The notes: generated by a model not told the origin, from the letters alone. DNA of 64,000 nucleotides from an uncultured delta proteobacterium (GCA_963769935.1 CAVYNY010000034.1:64001-128000), one strand, 5' to 3'; positions 9,988 through 19,665 are shown, counted from the first letter of the stretch. Numbers and translations: made by a program.

Positions 9988-10197
9988 ATGGGAAAAGTAC
10001 TAAGAGACTACGAGGTTTATCTGGTCTACGTAGACCCGGACCGCTGTGATTCCTGCAAAGAATGCGTGCTGATGTGTCCGACCGATGTATTCGAGATGCC
10101 GCATAAAGCCGTACCGGTGCGGCCGCAGAATTGTCTGGGATGTCTGACGTGTACGGCGGTTTGCAAGTCCAAGGCTGTAATCATAACCGAGATATAA
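9988..10197 (+). CDS. 2x[4Fe-4S] ferredoxin
   Basis: CDSCKECVLMCP and CLGCLTCTAVC. Confidence 0.88.
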   Translation: MGKVLRDYEVYLVYVDPDRCDSCKECVLMCPTDVFEMPHKAVPVRPQNCLGCLTCTAVCKSKAVIITEI

Positions 10198-10201
10198 ATA
10201 A

Positions 10202-10313
10202 TGGATTGGAGTCCTGGAGTGTTGGGCTAATGGAGTACTGGATAGCGCGGATTTGAATCGATTCAAAATTGCTGCATCGAATTTTATACCCAATACTTCC
10301 ATCACTCCAATGA
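10202..10313. repeat. Inverted octamer arrays (TGGAGTNN ... CCAATACT/CCATCACT)
   Basis: 8-bp periodicity of TGG on the left and CCA on the right. Confidence 0.65.
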
Positions 10314-10343
10314 CGCGCTTGGCGCGTGTTTTAAGGTGAACCT

Positions 10344-11693
10344 ATGAGTGATTCAATACTGGTTATCGGCGGCGGGATTGCCGGAATCAACTGTGCCATG
10401 AATGCTGCCAAGTACGGGACCAAAGTCTACCTGATCGACGATACGCCCAGTATCGGCGGAATGATGGCCCGTCTTGACAAGACCTTTCCCACCAACGACT
10501 GCTCCATCTGCATCGAAGCGCCCCAGATGTATGAAGTCGACAATCATGAAAATATAGAAATAATGACCAACACCGAGGTCCGCAAAGTCAAAAAGGTCAA
10601 CGGTACGTTTGAGGTCAAGCTGGTCAAAAAGGCCAGGTATGTCGATGAGGAGAAATGCACCGGCTGCGGCGCCTGCGTGGAAGCCTGCCCGGTAAGTGTA
10701 CCCGATGAAATGGACGGCAAAATCGGCGGAATGCGCAAACTGGTATCGATGGCCTTTCCCCAGGCCGTTCCCAACGTGGTGCGGGTCGATCCCAGTTGCC
10801 GATACGGTGAGATGCGCAAAGAAGGGGCCTGTATCGGCGGATGCGCCGTTGACTGCAGCCAATGCCGTGAATGCCCGATTGCCCTGTGTGTCAAGGCCTG
10901 CGAAAAGGAAGGTAAAAAAGCGATAACCTTATGGCAGTCAAACAAAAACGTAAGCCTCGATGTTAAAAGCATCGTGGTCGCGACCGGCATTAAGAATGCG
11001 CCCCCGGCGGGTGATTTGCTCGGTTATAATGTCTACGAGAATGTTATCACCAACACCGAATTTGAAAGACTCATGAATGCCGGCGGACCGACCTCGGGCC
11101 AAATCATCCGGCCTTCCGACAAGAAACATGCCAAGCAAATTGCCTGGATACAATGCGCCGGGCGCGGTCTGGGCGAGGGCAAGGGGACCCCATATTGTTC
11201 GAAGATCTGCTGCATGATTTCGACCAAGCAAACGATCATCACCAAGGAACACGATGAAACGGTGGAGACAACCATCTTCTACAATGACCTGAAGGCTTAC
11301 GGCAAAGGTTTCTGGGATTTTTACCGCAAGGCCAATGAAAACGGCGTCCGGTATGTCAGGGCCAGGCCTTATGAAGTGAGCGAAGATTCGGCAACCAAAA
11401 ATTTAATCCTGAAATATGAAGATCTGGCAACCGGTGAGCTGCGCCAACACGAAGTCGAGATGCTGGTGCTGGCCACCGGCGTCATTCCCAATGACCGCAA
11501 CAAAAAACTGGCCAAGGTCCTGAAACTGAAGTTGGATGAACTGGGCTATTTTAAAGAAAAGGATCCGCTGCTCTCACCGCTGGAGACCGGGATCGAGGGT
11601 ATTTATCTTTGCGGCGGTGCCACCGGGCCGATTGATATTGCGGAATCGGTGGTTCAGGCGACGGCGGCGAGTATGAAAGCCGTGTTGCATTGA
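10344..11693 (+). CDS. hdrA: Heterodisulfide reductase subunit A-like flavoprotein (short, QmoA-like architecture)
   Basis: VIGGGIAG, LDKTFPTNDCSIC, CTGCGACVEACP, EFERLMNAGGPTSG, IQCAGR..YCSKICCM, GPIDIAESV. Confidence 0.88.
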   Translation: MSDSILVIGGGIAGINCAMNAAKYGTKVYLIDDTPSIGGMMARLDKTFPTNDCSICIEAPQMYEVDNHENIEIMTNTEVRKVKKVNGTFEVKLVKKARYVDEEKCTGCGACVEACPVSVPDEMDGKIGGMRKLVSMAFPQAVPNVVRVDPSCRYGEMRKEGACIGGCAVDCSQCRECPIALCVKACEKEGKKAITLWQSNKNVSLDVKSIVVATGIKNAPPAGDLLGYNVYENVITNTEFERLMNAGGPTSGQIIRPSDKKHAKQIAWIQCAGRGLGEGKGTPYCSKICCMISTKQTIITKEHDETVETTIFYNDLKAYGKGFWDFYRKANENGVRYVRARPYEVSEDSATKNLILKYEDLATGELRQHEVEMLVLATGVIPNDRNKKLAKVLKLKLDELGYFKEKDPLLSPLETGIEGIYLCGGATGPIDIAESVVQATAASMKAVLH

Positions 11694-11817
11694 ATATTGC
11701 AGATTGAAGAATGAAGATTGTTGGAAGTCGCGGTGCTCCGTCATTCTGATTTTTCTAAAACTGATTCGCCGGAGGCGGACCTTAAATATTCAGTATTCAG
11801 TATTCAATCTTCAATCT
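11689..11817. repeat. Copy 2 of the ATTGAAN-array element, with inverted heptamer ends and a CGCCGGAGGCG core
   Basis: ATTGAAT ATTGCAG ATTGAAG AATGAAG ... ATTCAGT ATTCAGT ATTCAAT CTTCAAT. Confidence 0.75.
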
Positions 11818-11837
11818 CTTTAGGTTAGGAAAATATC

Positions 11838-13907
11838 ATGGGTGATGAAGAAATCCGAATAGGAGTTTTTGTCTGTGACTGTGGTACGAACATCGCAGGG
11901 GTCGTGAATGTACCGGAAGTGGTGGCGTTTGCCAAAACGCTGAAAAACGTCGTCTTTGCCGATGAGGGCCGCTGGTCCTGTTCGGTGGACTATCTGGCCC
12001 GCATGAAAGAATTGATTCGGGAAAATCGGCTCAGCCGGATTGTCATCTCCGCCTGCACGCCCAGAACACATGAGCCCCTTTTTAAGCGCACCGCCAAAGA
12101 GGCCGGCGTCAATCCTTACCTGCTTGAATTTGTGAGCATCCGTGAACAGGTATCCTGGGTCCACATGAAGCAGCCGGAAATTGCCACGGAAAAAGCCAAG
12201 GATCTCATAAAAATGGGGGTGGCCAAGGCCGCCCTGTTGGAAGAGGGCCAGGAGATCAGGCTGCCGGTTAAAACCGATTGCCTGATCATCGGCGGCGGCA
12301 TGGCCGGCATGAATGCCGCATTGAGTGTGGCCAAGCAGGGATTTAATGCCGTTATCGTGGAAAAAGAACCTCAGCTGGGCGGCATTTTAAACCGGATTTG
12401 CTTCATTTCTCATGACAACCACAAAACCCCGGCGGTCAAAGTCGTCCAGGCCAAGGTGGCTGAGGTTCGGTCGAATCGCAACATCAAAATCTACACCGAT
12501 ACCACGATTGAATCGGTTAAGGGATATATCGGTAACTACAAAATAAAGCTGAAAGCCAACGGCAACGGCGCCATGGAAGCCCTTGACATCTCCACCGTCA
12601 TCGTAGCCACGGGGATGCAGGAACTCGAGCCGGAGGGCCAGTTTGAATACGGCAGCGATCCGCGGGTGATCACCCAGCTTCAACTGGACGGCCGACTGAA
12701 GGATAAGCAGATAGGCGATGTTAAAGATGTGGTGATGATAAACTGCGTCAATTCCAAGAATGAGATTCGCGGCTGCTGCAGCATCGGCTGCCACACCTCG
12801 GTTAAAAATGCTGTGGCCCTGAAGCGTCTACGCCCGGAGGCCGATGTTCACGTCTTATATCGTGATATGAGTCTGATCAAGGAAGAGGGGACCGCCCAGC
12901 AGGCCGCCAAGCGTCTGGGAATCAAATTCCTGCGGTTCCCGGACGATCGGTACCCCCGGGTGGTTAAAGATGACGACCAGCTTGCCGTTAAAGTTTTTGA
13001 TTTCCTGCTGGGCCGGGAATTTACAATTCCGGCCGACCTGCTGGTGTTGACAACGGCCTTCAAAGGCGACGATACCGTAGAACAGATCAAGGGGCACCTG
13101 AAAGTTTCCACCAATCCGGACGGCTTTTTCCAGGAATCGCATGTCAAACTGGGTCCACTGGAATTTGCCGCTGACGGTATCTCGCTCGGCGGCTGTGCCA
13201 AGGCGCCCATGACGTTTAAAGAAAGCTGCGAGGAAGGCATCGGGGCGGCCATGAAGGTCTCCATCCCCATGAAAAAAGGCTACATCGAAACCGAAGGCAT
13301 TGTGGCCGACATCGATCTGACGGATTGCAATCAGTGCGGACTGTGCTCAAAGCGCTGCCCTTACAGTGCCATCAAGGTGGACGCGGAAGAAAATCCCGAA
13401 GTCATCAAGGCCCTTTGCAAGGGCTGCGGCTTGTGTGCGGCGGATTGTCCCAAAGAGTGCATCAGCATCGTTCACTACTCCGACGAACAGGTTCTGGCCC
13501 AGGTGGAAGCCGCCCTGGAAGAAGCGCCTGAAAATAAAATAATTGCATTTGTCTGCCACTGGTGCGCGTTGGGCGGCGTGGACATGGCCGGCGTCAGTCG
13601 ACTGCAATATCCATCCAATGCGCGGTTGATCCGCGTGATGTGTTCCGCCCGGGTTTCAATGAAAATGATGCAGCGGCCGTTTGAACTGGGAGCTGCCGGG
13701 GTTCTGGTCGCCGGCTGTGAATTTCCGACCTGCCACTACATTACGGGCAATTACGCGGCCGAAAAGCGCGTGAACCGCACGAAGCGCAAAATTGCCAAAG
13801 CCGGCTTCGATCCGGATAAACTCTGGAATATCTGGTGTTCGGCCGCCGACGGCCCCAAGTTTGCGAATACCATGCGGGATATGACCAGAGAACTTGGATT
13901 GAAGTGA
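11838..13907 (+). CDS. hdrA: HdrA-like flavoprotein fused to an MvhD domain (QmoB-like architecture)
   Basis: IGVFVCDCGTNI, ACTPRTHE, IIGGGMAG, two ferredoxin motifs, C-terminal FVCHWC..RLIRVMCS..GCEFPTCHY (MvhD). Confidence 0.88.
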   Translation: MGDEEIRIGVFVCDCGTNIAGVVNVPEVVAFAKTLKNVVFADEGRWSCSVDYLARMKELIRENRLSRIVISACTPRTHEPLFKRTAKEAGVNPYLLEFVSIREQVSWVHMKQPEIATEKAKDLIKMGVAKAALLEEGQEIRLPVKTDCLIIGGGMAGMNAALSVAKQGFNAVIVEKEPQLGGILNRICFISHDNHKTPAVKVVQAKVAEVRSNRNIKIYTDTTIESVKGYIGNYKIKLKANGNGAMEALDISTVIVATGMQELEPEGQFEYGSDPRVITQLQLDGRLKDKQIGDVKDVVMINCVNSKNEIRGCCSIGCHTSVKNAVALKRLRPEADVHVLYRDMSLIKEEGTAQQAAKRLGIKFLRFPDDRYPRVVKDDDQLAVKVFDFLLGREFTIPADLLVLTTAFKGDDTVEQIKGHLKVSTNPDGFFQESHVKLGPLEFAADGISLGGCAKAPMTFKESCEEGIGAAMKVSIPMKKGYIETEGIVADIDLTDCNQCGLCSKRCPYSAIKVDAEENPEVIKALCKGCGLCAADCPKECISIVHYSDEQVLAQVEAALEEAPENKIIAFVCHWCALGGVDMAGVSRLQYPSNARLIRVMCSARVSMKMMQRPFELGAAGVLVAGCEFPTCHYITGNYAAEKRVNRTKRKIAKAGFDPDKLWNIWCSAADGPKFANTMRDMTRELGLK

Positions 13908-13980
13908 AGTTAATAGTTATTGGTTATTAGTTATTTGCAGGCCTCGTTCTTCGGGGATTCCCGGCAGTTGTAATTGGATT

Positions 13981-14003
13981 GTGGGAGCGGTTTGCAACCG
14001 CGA
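13981..14003 (+). repeat. GTGG-type REP-like palindrome GTGGGAGCGGTTTGCAACCGCGA
   Basis: GTGG followed by the hairpin GCGGTT-TGC-AACCGC. Confidence 0.55.
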
Positions 14004-14025
14004 ATAAAGCGATAGCATTCCTCAA

Positions 14026-14183
14026 TTTTATGAAAGATTTTTTTATCACGAAAACACGAAATCTAGAAATCACGAAAATTATCTTTTATGCTTTTCGTGT
14101 TTTCGCCTTCGTAGAATTCTCTTTTTTGGTTCTCCGCTTATTCGGGATTTATGCTTTACTCCAACCGGCTTGTCCGGGTTAAG
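14026..14183 (+). repeat. CACGAAA-type hairpin element ending in CCGGCTTGTCCGGGTTA (copy 1)
   Basis: Clear similarity to 54386-54559 (TTTTATGAAA..ATCACGAAAACACGAAATCT.GAAA.CACGAAA..TTTTCGTGTTTTCGCC). Confidence 0.8.
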
Positions 14184-14222
14184 CGTTCCCTATCGGCAAG
14201 TGCGCTGAAAGGCTAAGTTTCT

Positions 14223-16023
14223 ATGACAAACACGGAAAGATTCGCAGAGAGGTTTAACCAAATAGAGATGTTCCGATACTGCGAGCAGTGCGGGCGCTGC
14301 AGTTCGGCCTGTCCGATTACCGGTATCAACGGGTTTAATATTCGACGATTGGTCCGGCACGTCGAACTGGATTTGATCGACGAAATTGCCGCCTCCCCGA
14401 TGCCCTGGTTTTGCGCCACGTGCGGACGGTGCGAGGACGCCTGCCCCAATGGGATAAAAATTCTGGATATAACCCGAACGCTTCGCAGCGTCGGGCCTGG
14501 GGAACTGGTTCCCGAAAGACCTTTGTGTGTCAATGCCTGCCCGGCCGGTATCGATATTCCCGGCTATTTAAGATGCATCGCGCAGGGTAATATGGATGAG
14601 GCCTGCCGATTAATCATCGAAAAAGCCCCTTTTCCGGGAATCCTGGGCCGGGTCTGCACCCATCCCTGCGAGACCGCCTGCAAGCGCGGTGAAGTCAACC
14701 AGCCCATCGCCATCTGTGCGGCCAAAAGGTATGCAGCTGATAAAGCCGGCGATTTGACCGGCTGGATGTCCCAGACAGCACCCGACAGCGGGCATAAGGT
14801 GGCGGTGATCGGCGCCGGTCCGGCCGGCTTGACCGCTGCCTTTTTTCTGAAAAAAAAGGGTCACCAGGTTACCATCTTAGAAGCCCGGCCCAAAGCGGGC
14901 GGTATGCTGCGCTATGGGATTCCTTATTACCGGCTGCCCGCCGAGATCTTAGATAAAGAAATCGATCAGATTTTAAGCACCGGTATCGAACTGAAGCCGA
15001 ACCTGAAGCTGGGCGTCGATTATGAAATCGAGCAGTTAAAAAATGACGGCTTTGAAGCCGTTTTCATCGCTGTGGGCGCCCAGCTGAGCCGCAGGATCGA
15101 ACTGGAAGGATCCGACCTGCCGGAGGTTCATTGGGGGGTTGAGTTTTTAGCAGCTGTGTCGGAAGGCGAAAATGTTCCGGTCAAAGGCCGGATCGTCGTT
15201 ATCGGCGGCGGCAACGTGGCGGTGGATGTAGCGCTCACGGCCATCCGGCTTGGGGCGAAAAATGTAACGCTTGCCTGTCTGGAAAGCGAGGAGCAAATGC
15301 CGGCCAATCCCTGGGAAATCGAACAGGCCCGCGAAGAAGGGCGTGGAGATGCTGTACTCCTGGGGGCCTGCGCGGATCATGGCAAACGGCGGCAAGGTCA
15401 GCGGACTCGAACTGGTGCGCTGCACATCGGTTTTTGACGAGCAGGGCAAATTTTGTCCTTATTTCGATGACGCCAAGACCACCGTAGCGGCGGATCAGGT
15501 TATTTTAGCCATCGGCCAGGCCAGCGAGACGGCCTTTTGCAAAGATTTTTGTTTTCTCGATGATCAGCAATCCCTGCCGGTTGAAAAAGGGTTGATAGCC
15601 GTTGACAAAAAAACCCAGGAGACCGCAATAAAAGGCGTCTTTGCCGGCGGTGATGCGGCCAACGGCCCGGCGACGGTGATCGAAGCCATTGCCGCCGGCC
15701 GTCGGGCGGCGGTTTCGATCGATAAGTACTTGGGCGGAAACGGCGTATTGGAAGTGGGAAGTTGGAAAGCGGAAGGCGGAAGTGAAGGAAGTGCGAATGC
15801 GGAAGCCGGAAGTTCTGGGTGTGGAAATGGTTATGACGGCAGGAGAGAAGCAAGATTTGCAGATTTGAAAAGGGTTGATGCGCCGACCCTGCCGGTTGCA
15901 GAAAGAAACGGCGGTTTTGGTGAGGTGGAGCTTTGTTTCCGCGACGAACAGGCGCTGGAAGAAACCCGTCGTTGCCTGCAGTGCGACCTGGAAATATGCC
16001 TGGCAAAAGCCAAACGATCTTAA
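14223..16023 (+). CDS. HdrC-like Fe-S domain fused to a GltD/SudA-like NAD(P)H:FAD oxidoreductase (one +1 frameshift at ~15340)
   Basis: CEQCGRCSSACP / CATCGRCEDACP (HdrC-like), CVNACPAG..LGRVCTHPCETACKR, VIGAGPAG, VIGGGNVAVD, GVFAGGD, ETRRCLQC. Removing one G at 15339-15341 joins ORFs 14223-15437 and 15271-16023. Confidence 0.85.
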
Positions 16024-16164
16024 ACCCTGTCGATGGCATTGAACCGGGATGTTCGAGAATTGGGCTGCTGGAGTGTTGGCTGAGATTTAAACCGATACGA
16101 TCGGCACAAGAGATCCCCTGCCGGATAGCCTGGAGGGCATGCGGCTGGTATGATCGACGGTACG

Positions 16165-16284
16165 TTAATAGGCAAGCCGGGCAATAACAGACTGGAAAAA
16201 ATTTATTTTCTGCAGTTCAAGCCCTGCCCAGACGATACCGGCAATCCAACCGGCGAATATGGTGACTCGCAATAGTTTTCGCAT
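16165..16284 (-). CDS. Putative 39-aa single-TM small protein MRKLLRVTIFAGWIAGIVWAGLELQKINFFQSVIARLAY
   Basis: Manual translation. Basic N-terminus plus a hydrophobic helix, directly downstream of a sigma54-like motif. Confidence 0.45.
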   Translation of the reverse strand: MRKLLRVTIFAGWIAGIVWAGLELQKINFFQSVIARLAY

Positions 16285-16300
16285 AACGCCAATATGCCTG

Positions 16301-16446
16301 AGCAAAAAACATGCAAGCAAACGGCTTGCGCACGATATTTTTTTGTGATGGAATTACAGAAACTTATCGAGCTTACGAAAAACCCCTCCTGATTCATTGT
16401 GAAAAATAGTAGCGAATTATTCTGAAATTGATTTCACAGTGTGAAA
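16301..16446 (-). promoter_or_regulatory. Sigma54-like -24/-12 variant TTGCATG-N4-TTGCT with upstream palindrome TTTCACA-N-TGTGAAA
   Basis: -24/-12-like site at 16301-16316, palindrome at 16432-16446, half site at 16396-16406. Same layout as 56191-56339. Confidence 0.5.
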
Positions 16447-16482
16447 AATTGGTAAGGGTTTACAGGTTTTATTTTTCCTTTA

Positions 16483-17682
16483 TTACGGTCTTGTCAGCAA
16501 ATCGCCGGCATGCCGCAACGCCTCTTCCAATTTATCCACTGCCGGACCGCCGCCCTGGGCCTGCTGGGGCCGGCCGCCGCCGTGCCCGTTGATGACTGCA
16601 CAGGCGGCCTGCATCAGCTTTCCCATGTCCATGTCAAGCGCTTCTGAACGCAGAAATACCAGGGAGGCCTTGCCGCGGGTTTTGCCGCCGAACAAAATGA
16701 CGGCGTTGGGAAGATTTTCCAGCACTGACTGCGCCAATATTTTTAATTCCTGCGGATCACGGTTTTCAAAAATTTTCTCGACGACATTGATATTGTCAAG
16801 TTTCCGGCATTCGGCGATCAATGCTTTCGATTCATAATCCAAAAATTGCTTTTTCAAGCGGTTGTGCTCCCAGCGCAATTGTTTCAGCTCGTCCTGGATT
16901 TTTTGGATATTCCTGGCAAGGTCGCCTTCACCGGAACTTAAGGAATCTCCGAGCTGCCTTAAGATTGCCGTTTTGTTTTGGTAATCCTTGCAGGCCCTGA
17001 ATCCGCACAGAAAATGAATCCGGCTGCCGCCTTTATAGTTTTCATGGCGTCTGATTTTGATGATGCCGATCTCTCCGGTTCGTGAACAGTGGGTTCCGCC
17101 GCAGGGGGAATAATCAAAGTCTTTAATTTCAATAATTCGGATATTTTCTTCAACCGACGGCGGCTTTCTGATCGGAAACCGGTGCAGTTCGTCCTTGGCG
17201 ACGATGTGAAATTCGACCTGCCGGTCCTCGCAAATAATGCGATTGGCCAGGTCCTCAACGGCTGTTATAGTTTCGCTGCCGAGTCCGGCTTGATCGACAT
17301 CCAGGGTGGCGCTTTCATCTCCCAGATGAAAGGAGAGCGTTGCGGCCCGGCAGATCTTGATAAACGCCTGGGACAGCAAGTGCTGCCCTGTATGCTGCTG
17401 CATGTGGTCAAATCGCCTCCGCCAGTCAACCCGTCCCTCAACATCAGGTCCGGCAACCGGACTTTGCAGCAGATGGACCACCCGCCGCCGGTCGTCTTCA
17501 AAAACATCGACAACCTGTATATCATTCAAGGTTCCGGTGTCATGCGGCTGCCCGCCGGAGGTCGGGTAAAACAGGGTTTGTTCGAGAACGACCGCCGGTC
17601 TTCCGTCGATCTCGGTCTGTTCGGTCACTTTGGCAGTAAAATTCTGCCGATACTGATCTTCAAGGTAAAGTTTTACTGTCAT
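16483..17682 (-). CDS. Alanyl-tRNA editing protein AlaX-L type (with DHHA1 domain)
   Basis: FYPTSGGQPHDTG, HMQQHTGQHLLS, PCGGTH, C-terminal GHGGGRPQQAQGG. Confidence 0.9.
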   Translation of the reverse strand: MTVKLYLEDQYRQNFTAKVTEQTEIDGRPAVVLEQTLFYPTSGGQPHDTGTLNDIQVVDVFEDDRRRVVHLLQSPVAGPDVEGRVDWRRRFDHMQQHTGQHLLSQAFIKICRAATLSFHLGDESATLDVDQAGLGSETITAVEDLANRIICEDRQVEFHIVAKDELHRFPIRKPPSVEENIRIIEIKDFDYSPCGGTHCSRTGEIGIIKIRRHENYKGGSRIHFLCGFRACKDYQNKTAILRQLGDSLSSGEGDLARNIQKIQDELKQLRWEHNRLKKQFLDYESKALIAECRKLDNINVVEKIFENRDPQELKILAQSVLENLPNAVILFGGKTRGKASLVFLRSEALDMDMGKLMQAACAVINGHGGGRPQQAQGGGPAVDKLEEALRHAGDLLTRP

Positions 17683-17789
17683 CGCATCATTTTCCGTTTG
17701 ATTTAAAACCTGTTTTCACCAGGCGCCAAAAGCGTCGAGAAGCTTTCGGTGAACCGCAAGCTGGGTCTGAACAGCGACGATCGCTCATA

Positions 17790-18692
17790 TCATTTTTCAA
17801 GGTACAGTTCCCGCAGGATTTTCTGGCCGGCAGCCTCGATACCCAAAGCGTTTGAAAAATAGCTCTCAATTGTCCCGTATCGGCTCTTCATTTCGTCGAA
17901 TGCTGCATCGAGATACTTTGTCTTCACGCCGAAGAGGGCTTGGGGAATCGACGGGTCGCCGCCCGCCGCGACAAACGCTTGAATCTCCTGCCGGTAGGCG
18001 GGAATAATATGGTCGTTGCTGCTCAGGTAATCCGCCATGACCGTTTCTTGCGGTACGCCGAGCAACGTGAGCAGCGCCGCTGCTCCCCATCCGGTCCGAT
18101 CCTTTCCTGCCGTGCAATGGAAGAGTGCCGGAAGCTGGTCCGGATTGCCGAGTGACAGCAACATCTCGCGATAGGCACTCTTCGCGCTCGGGAGAGATAC
18201 AAAATCCCGATAAACCTGCGTCAACATTGCCTCCATCTTACCGCCACCCAATACGTCGTTGGCCTTCTTCGGCGCCTGCATTAGGGCCGACACCTGCGTC
18301 GGATCGAACGCCGTATCGGCCAGCACGTTCAGCAAGTGGTATTTGGTCCCGGGAGGAATTTCGTCGGGTTTGGCCTTCACTTCTCCGTCGGTGCGCAGGT
18401 CGAAATCGTTCTTCAGCCTAAGCAGGGCGATCTTCTCCAAGTCGTCCGGACTGATAGAATTCAGCTGGCTGGAGCGGTACACCAGCCGGCGCCGCACCAC
18501 CGCGCCGCTGGAAGTCAGGTAACCGCCGAGGTCCCGCAGGTTCGGCACGGAAGCGATACCGAGGTTCTGGCCGGGTGCCGGCGCCGTTTCACGGTCAGAT
18601 AGCGACTGCTTGGCCGTCTGTTGGGTACAATCGGTAAACAAAGCCGAGGAAAGAACAACGGCAGCGAGGCGGCTTAGCGATGTGGAATTCAT
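17790..18692 (-). CDS. Secreted tyrosine-protein phosphatase (PtpB/Y_phosphatase3-like)
   Basis: NLRDLGG, DLRT..E, FHCTAGKDRTG, DYLSSN. Signal/lipoprotein-like N-terminus. Confidence 0.88.
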   Translation of the reverse strand: MNSTSLSRLAAVVLSSALFTDCTQQTAKQSLSDRETAPAPGQNLGIASVPNLRDLGGYLTSSGAVVRRRLVYRSSQLNSISPDDLEKIALLRLKNDFDLRTDGEVKAKPDEIPPGTKYHLLNVLADTAFDPTQVSALMQAPKKANDVLGGGKMEAMLTQVYRDFVSLPSAKSAYREMLLSLGNPDQLPALFHCTAGKDRTGWGAAALLTLLGVPQETVMADYLSSNDHIIPAYRQEIQAFVAAGGDPSIPQALFGVKTKYLDAAFDEMKSRYGTIESYFSNALGIEAAGQKILRELYLEK

Positions 18693-19165
18693 AAATGGGT
18701 TTCCTCTTTCGTTCGTGTTCGTTTCGATCGGTGAACGGGCAGCTATCATTGGTATTGAATAGACGTCTCGTTTTTATCTTTTGTGTTAATGTTAAAGAGA
18801 CATCTTGTTAACAACCCTTATAAGGATAAAAAAATAGCGATTTGCGACCTCCCGTCTAATTTGTATAACATAATCTTAAAAGGATCTGCAATTTTTTAAT
18901 ATTGTCACCGACGGCTGTAGACCCCAAAACCAAACGCGTTAGATTTTCCTATCTATAATCTTTATTCAATTTTATGCGAAACTGCCAGGATGATGGTGTT
19001 AAAGGACGGAAATATGGTCGGCCTACATTACATTTGGATAAAATCAGGGAAGCTGGGGCGCTAAGATGGATTTAGGGTCTTTACCGGTTGCAGGTTGATC
19101 TTTTTGCTGTGATCACTCTGTTTTGTTGGGGATACAATTTGGACCTATTCCCGGGTAAATAAAAA

Positions 19166-19249
19166 CTACTTTAAAATCCCTTTTTTCGCTATCGTAGCGA
19201 TGGAAATTAATGCTATTCCTATTAATATCATTAATGGAGGTTCAGGCAT
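19166..19249 (-). CDS. Stand-alone PEP-CTERM-like micropeptide MPEPPLMILIGIALISIATIAKKGILK (27 aa)
   Basis: PEP motif, TM helix and basic tail. GAAGGG RBS-like sequence upstream. In-frame stop 3 codons before the ATG. Confidence 0.55.
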   Translation of the reverse strand: MPEPPLMILIGIALISIATIAKKGILK

Positions 19250-19665
19250 TTGAAATCATCCCTTCGATTTACGATGTTAAGTTTTTTGGAATGAAGATAG
19301 CTGTAACAAATTAGGTGGTTATTAAAGATGTGCTAGAAATGAATGAATTCGAAGAGATTTTAGATGCGGTATTTTGGAGTAACTCTTGTATCGGCAACAA
19401 GTTGTCAAATCGAAATCAATAAATCAGGGCAAATCCAGGCTTCCGGATTCGCCCTCTATCATTTGGATATTATTTTGATATCAAACTGAATTTTAGCTGC
19501 CTGATATCTTGGTCATCATAGCAGAAAGCACCGCCGGAGACCAGGGAGCCTGGAACGATGATATCACAAATTTTTTAAGGGTACTGATATTTCCAACTTT
19601 GTTGGAGGTATCTGGACAGACAAAACAAACTTGGTTTGTGCAACTAAAATAGCAAAAAATTTTGC

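Noticed and set aside
10344..13907. Selenocysteine in HdrA or MvhD
   Set aside because: These families are often selenoproteins, but here the frames are open and the positions are Cys
14190..14216. Sigma28-like site on the minus strand (TTAG-N15-GCCGATAG)
   Set aside because: The -35 is weak and it points into repeats, antisense to the hdr genes, with no target gene
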